Assembly (NCBI GenBank): GCA_013265495.1
Contig: MU057999.1
Location: 124,001-188,000, forward strand
Source of the DNA: Vicugna vicugna
Taxonomy: Eukaryota
Length of the DNA stretch: 64,000 nucleotides
Reading direction: 5' to 3'
Position 1 is the stretch's first letter, and the number at the start of each line of letters is the position of its first letter. The notes under the pieces are model-generated. The model was given only the letters and a program-made list of their open reading frames with translations, ran no database searches and had not been told where the DNA came from. The translations under genes were made by a program, and so were the position numbers. Shown here in pieces: positions 61,030 through 64,000 of this stretch.

Positions 61030-61527
61030 TGTTGCTCGAGGTACAGGTCCCAGCCTGTGCAAATACTGCAGCAAGAGGTCCCAGGCTTTAGCCTACCTAA
61101 AATGCTAGAAGCATTTATCAGTCTGACTTTTAAACTGCAAGAAGTTTTCTCTAGAGCACTTTTCCACAGACCCCCTCCTATGCACCCTTTGTTCCGGGCA
61201 CAAGAACATTAGGAGATTCCCAACGCAGGAGGGAAACACCATACCCAGCAGAGGAGTAAGGGGACTGTTGCATATGCAAAAACAATATGCAACAATTTGT
61301 TACCCTGTATGTGATCTCTATGGAAACCAGCATCACCTCTTGAACTTTTCGTATAAAACCCCCCCCCTGCCTTCTTTCCCCAGGAGGCTCACAATCTTGG
61401 AGGCATTAGCCTATTGTGACCTCCTTTGCCTGGCAAAGAAATAAATCTGCCTTTTCTGCTTCATCCAAAACTCTGTCCTCAAGTCTCAGTTAGGTAATCG
61501 GGGTACAGAGGGCAAGTTTTGGCAACA
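61030..61527 (+). mobile_element. Solo ERV1-type LTR (~498 bp)
   Basis: Terminal inverted ends TGTTGC...GCAACA, TATAAAA at 61352-61358, AATAAA at 61440-61445. TSD not clearly preserved. Confidence 0.8.
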
Positions 61528-61739
61528 GTGGGCTCAGCAGATGGTCTCAGCTCTGCTAGGTCACGAGTTCCCTGAGGGCAGGGACTTTGTCCTATTCATC
61601 CTTGAACCCCCAGAGCAGGCCTGTGGATGTTGGCAAGGCCCTGGGCTGTGGTGGCAGGATGGCAGATGCCCTACCCACCATGCCTGGACTGCCCTGCCCT
61701 GGCCAAGGGCCACCATCGCCAGGCGGGCTCTCCTGATGG

Positions 61740-61960
61740 GCCATGAGGGCTTCCACCCTGGCCCCACCACCTCCAGACTCTGTGACCTCAGGCAAATTGC
61801 CTAAGGTCACCAAAGTCTAGGTCTCAGCTGCAAGACGATGCAGTAATACCACCTAGCTCGTTCAGCGGCTGTGAGCATGAGATGGTATGATCCCTTCTGA
61901 GCGCTCGGAACCGGGTGGGCATGCAGTAAGCCCTCCATTCATGTTAGCCACCACCAGTAT
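61740..61960 (+). mobile_element. MIR SINE
   Basis: ctgtgacctcaggcaa...gtaataccacct...gctgtgagcatgagatg...gcatgcagtaagccctcc. Confidence 0.7.
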
Positions 61961-62959
61961 TATATCCCTGCAGAGACTGGCAGCCTGCAGGTCAGAACTG
62001 GCCGCTGGAGGACACCTGTTTACCTCCTGGCTCTTGGGTCCCTGTCTTGCTTCATAGTCCAGTCCTGATGTGGTTTCTTAAAGGAGGAGCAGGAAGCACC
62101 CCAACCACGCCTCCTGGGAGGCGCTGCTGTGTGGCCAGAACAAAGCCTCCAAAAGGGTGTCCAGAGACTCAGATACCGGAGGATCTTTCTGGCCCCAGAC
62201 TTACAGATGCAAAGACCTGCAAAGCAAGCCCCTTCCCCGCCCCAACTTCCTCACTGAAAGCCTGGAGAATGAGGGGCTCCAAGCTCAGCCTTGACCTCTA
62301 ACTTCGGGGCAGGCGCTTCCTTGCAGAAGCTATTCAACTCGCAGAGACCTTGGGGGAGAGGAGGGGTGCGAGCCGGCCAGGACACCAAGGGAAAGGGCGT
62401 TGTTTACAGTTCTTCCGACTCTATTGTTTCCAAGGACACAGTGTGGCCATTTCCCACAACAATGGCGTGATGGGGTCAGAATTCCTCGCGTCTGTTTGTT
62501 TATAACAGAAGTCACCATTTCACCAAAACTGTTTACTAAAAACTGTCTTCCGGTATCAAATTTGAAGATTTTGGTCTAAATGTGACTGGCGGGTTTACTT
62601 GCTACAGGGTTCCTGCAAAGCTGGGGCCAGGCTTGGCCAGGCTGCAGGAGTGGAAGGGGCGGCCCTGCAGACGCCCTGCCCTGAGGAGCCTTGCAGGGCC
62701 GAGGAGCCTGCAGAGCAGCTGCCCTGCACAGTGGGCCCAGAGGGAGCAAGACTGGGTCTTCCTCAAGCCTGTGTCTCTAACCACTGCAAGTTATGGGCAG
62801 TGAGGAGAAGCTGAAGCCCGTTGCGAGGTTTGTCTTGCTGAGTCGGATGGCGAGGTTGCGGGGTGTCCTGGGTCTTTCCTGGACAGCTCAGTGTCTGCTC
62901 CTCCCATCCCTTCCCCATCTCCACTTTCCGGGGTCTCAGGACAAAAGATGGTGCCTCTC

Positions 62960-63760
62960 CCTCCCACACCCCACTTCTCATCCATCAACAACCCCTGCTG
63001 GCCCTGCCCTCAGTATATGGACCACCTCCCATCACCTCCCCAGCGGCCGCCCCACCACAAGCACCATCTTCCACCTGGGTCATTGTCAGGACTTCCTTGC
63101 TGTTCTCCCTGCTTCTGCCTTCATGCCTCTACGGTCTGCTCTCTACATGGCTGCAGAGCAATCATTTCAAAGTTAGCCTGGTGTTTTCACTCTTCCAGAA
63201 TATTTCAGAGTCCAGAGGACCCTTCCCAGCTCACATGGAGTCAATCCAAAGTCCTTTCCAAGGCCGTACGTCCATGTCCAGATGGCCTGTGCCTTCCATG
63301 ACCTGTACAATCTGCTCCCAATCACCCCACCCCACCCCCAGCACACTTTCCTTGGGCCTCATCTCTTACCCCCGCCCCCTTGCTCACCCCTCCCAAGCAC
63401 ACACTGGGCCCTGGTTCTTCCCTGAACCCCACAGCCCCCACAGCCCAGCTGTTCCCTCCTCTCCCACACAGCCCTCCTCACTTCCTTGAGTCCCTGCTTG
63501 GGTACCCCTTCAACAGAGAGCCCTTCCCTGACTGTCCTGACAAACTGCCGGTGTCCCCCCCACTGCACACCCTCGTCTTGTCCGCTACTTGCTTCACAGC
63601 ATTGCTGACACCTTAGTTCTCTGTTTGTGGCTCATTTATTCATCGTGACCATCAACAGCTCCTCAAGGGCCAGATGTGGTGGTGTTCGCAGCTCTATCCC
63701 CGCTGCCCAGCAGTCCACACCAGGACCTCCAATAAGACTTGTTTAATAGTGATGATTAGA
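62960..63760 (+). mobile_element. L2 LINE remnant (3' region)
   Basis: caagcaccatcttccacctgg...ctctacatggctgcagagcaatc...cagctcctcaagggccag...ctccaataagacttgtttaat. Confidence 0.7.
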
Positions 63761-64000
63761 TGAGTAGATGCTGAGGGCCGCCCCAGACAGCCATGATTTC
63801 TCTCCTCCACCCACAGCTGATGAGGTCAGGTAACACCAACCCCCAGGCAGGCCAGCACCTAGCAGATCAGGAGGAGAAAGCTCAGCCCTCACGCGTGGTG
63901 GGAATTTGTGGGCCAACCCCACGTCAGTCTCCAGTGCCCTCTTTCTCAGGAGTCTAGGGAGAAGATTAGCCAGGAGATAGCAAGAAAGAGAAGTTACCCC

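Noticed and set aside
56321..61527. Possible full provirus bounded by two LTRs
   Set aside because: The LTRs are dissimilar in sequence, and the interval holds older repeats such as MER20 with no recognisable PBS or gag/pol/env.
1..64000. CRISPR arrays, operons, rRNA/snRNA genes, processed pseudogenes or a novel multi-gene system
   Set aside because: None seen. The window is explained by one eukaryotic first exon plus intronic and intergenic repeat-rich DNA.

Overview
This is mammalian genomic DNA, almost certainly camelid (alpaca/llama/camel): it carries a Vic-type tRNA-derived SINE and young lineage-type L1 3' ends. The only supportable protein-coding sequence is exon 1 of SLCO2A1 (prostaglandin transporter/OATP2A1) on the minus strand: ATG at 29205, 96-nt coding part, splice donor after 29110. 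It sits in a CpG island with a canonical TATA box and two (GCC)n tracts. Positions 1-29109 are the first ~29 kb of intron 1 (exon 2 was not found in the window), and 29400-64000 is upstream intergenic DNA. Both are filled with interspersed repeats: L1, L2, CR1, MIR, MaLR/ERVL LTRs, two solo ERV1-type LTRs, MER5A, MER20, MER53 and MARNA. Repeat family names come from recalled consensus sequences, and their boundaries are approximate. Almost all ORFs in the track are chance ORFs. I found no evidence for a new multi-gene system. The most notable structures are two L1 3' ends inserted in opposite orientations at one overlapping target site (an intronic ~135-bp inverted repeat), a MER53 hairpin resembling miR-1302, a candidate poison exon, and several candidate regulatory motif clusters.
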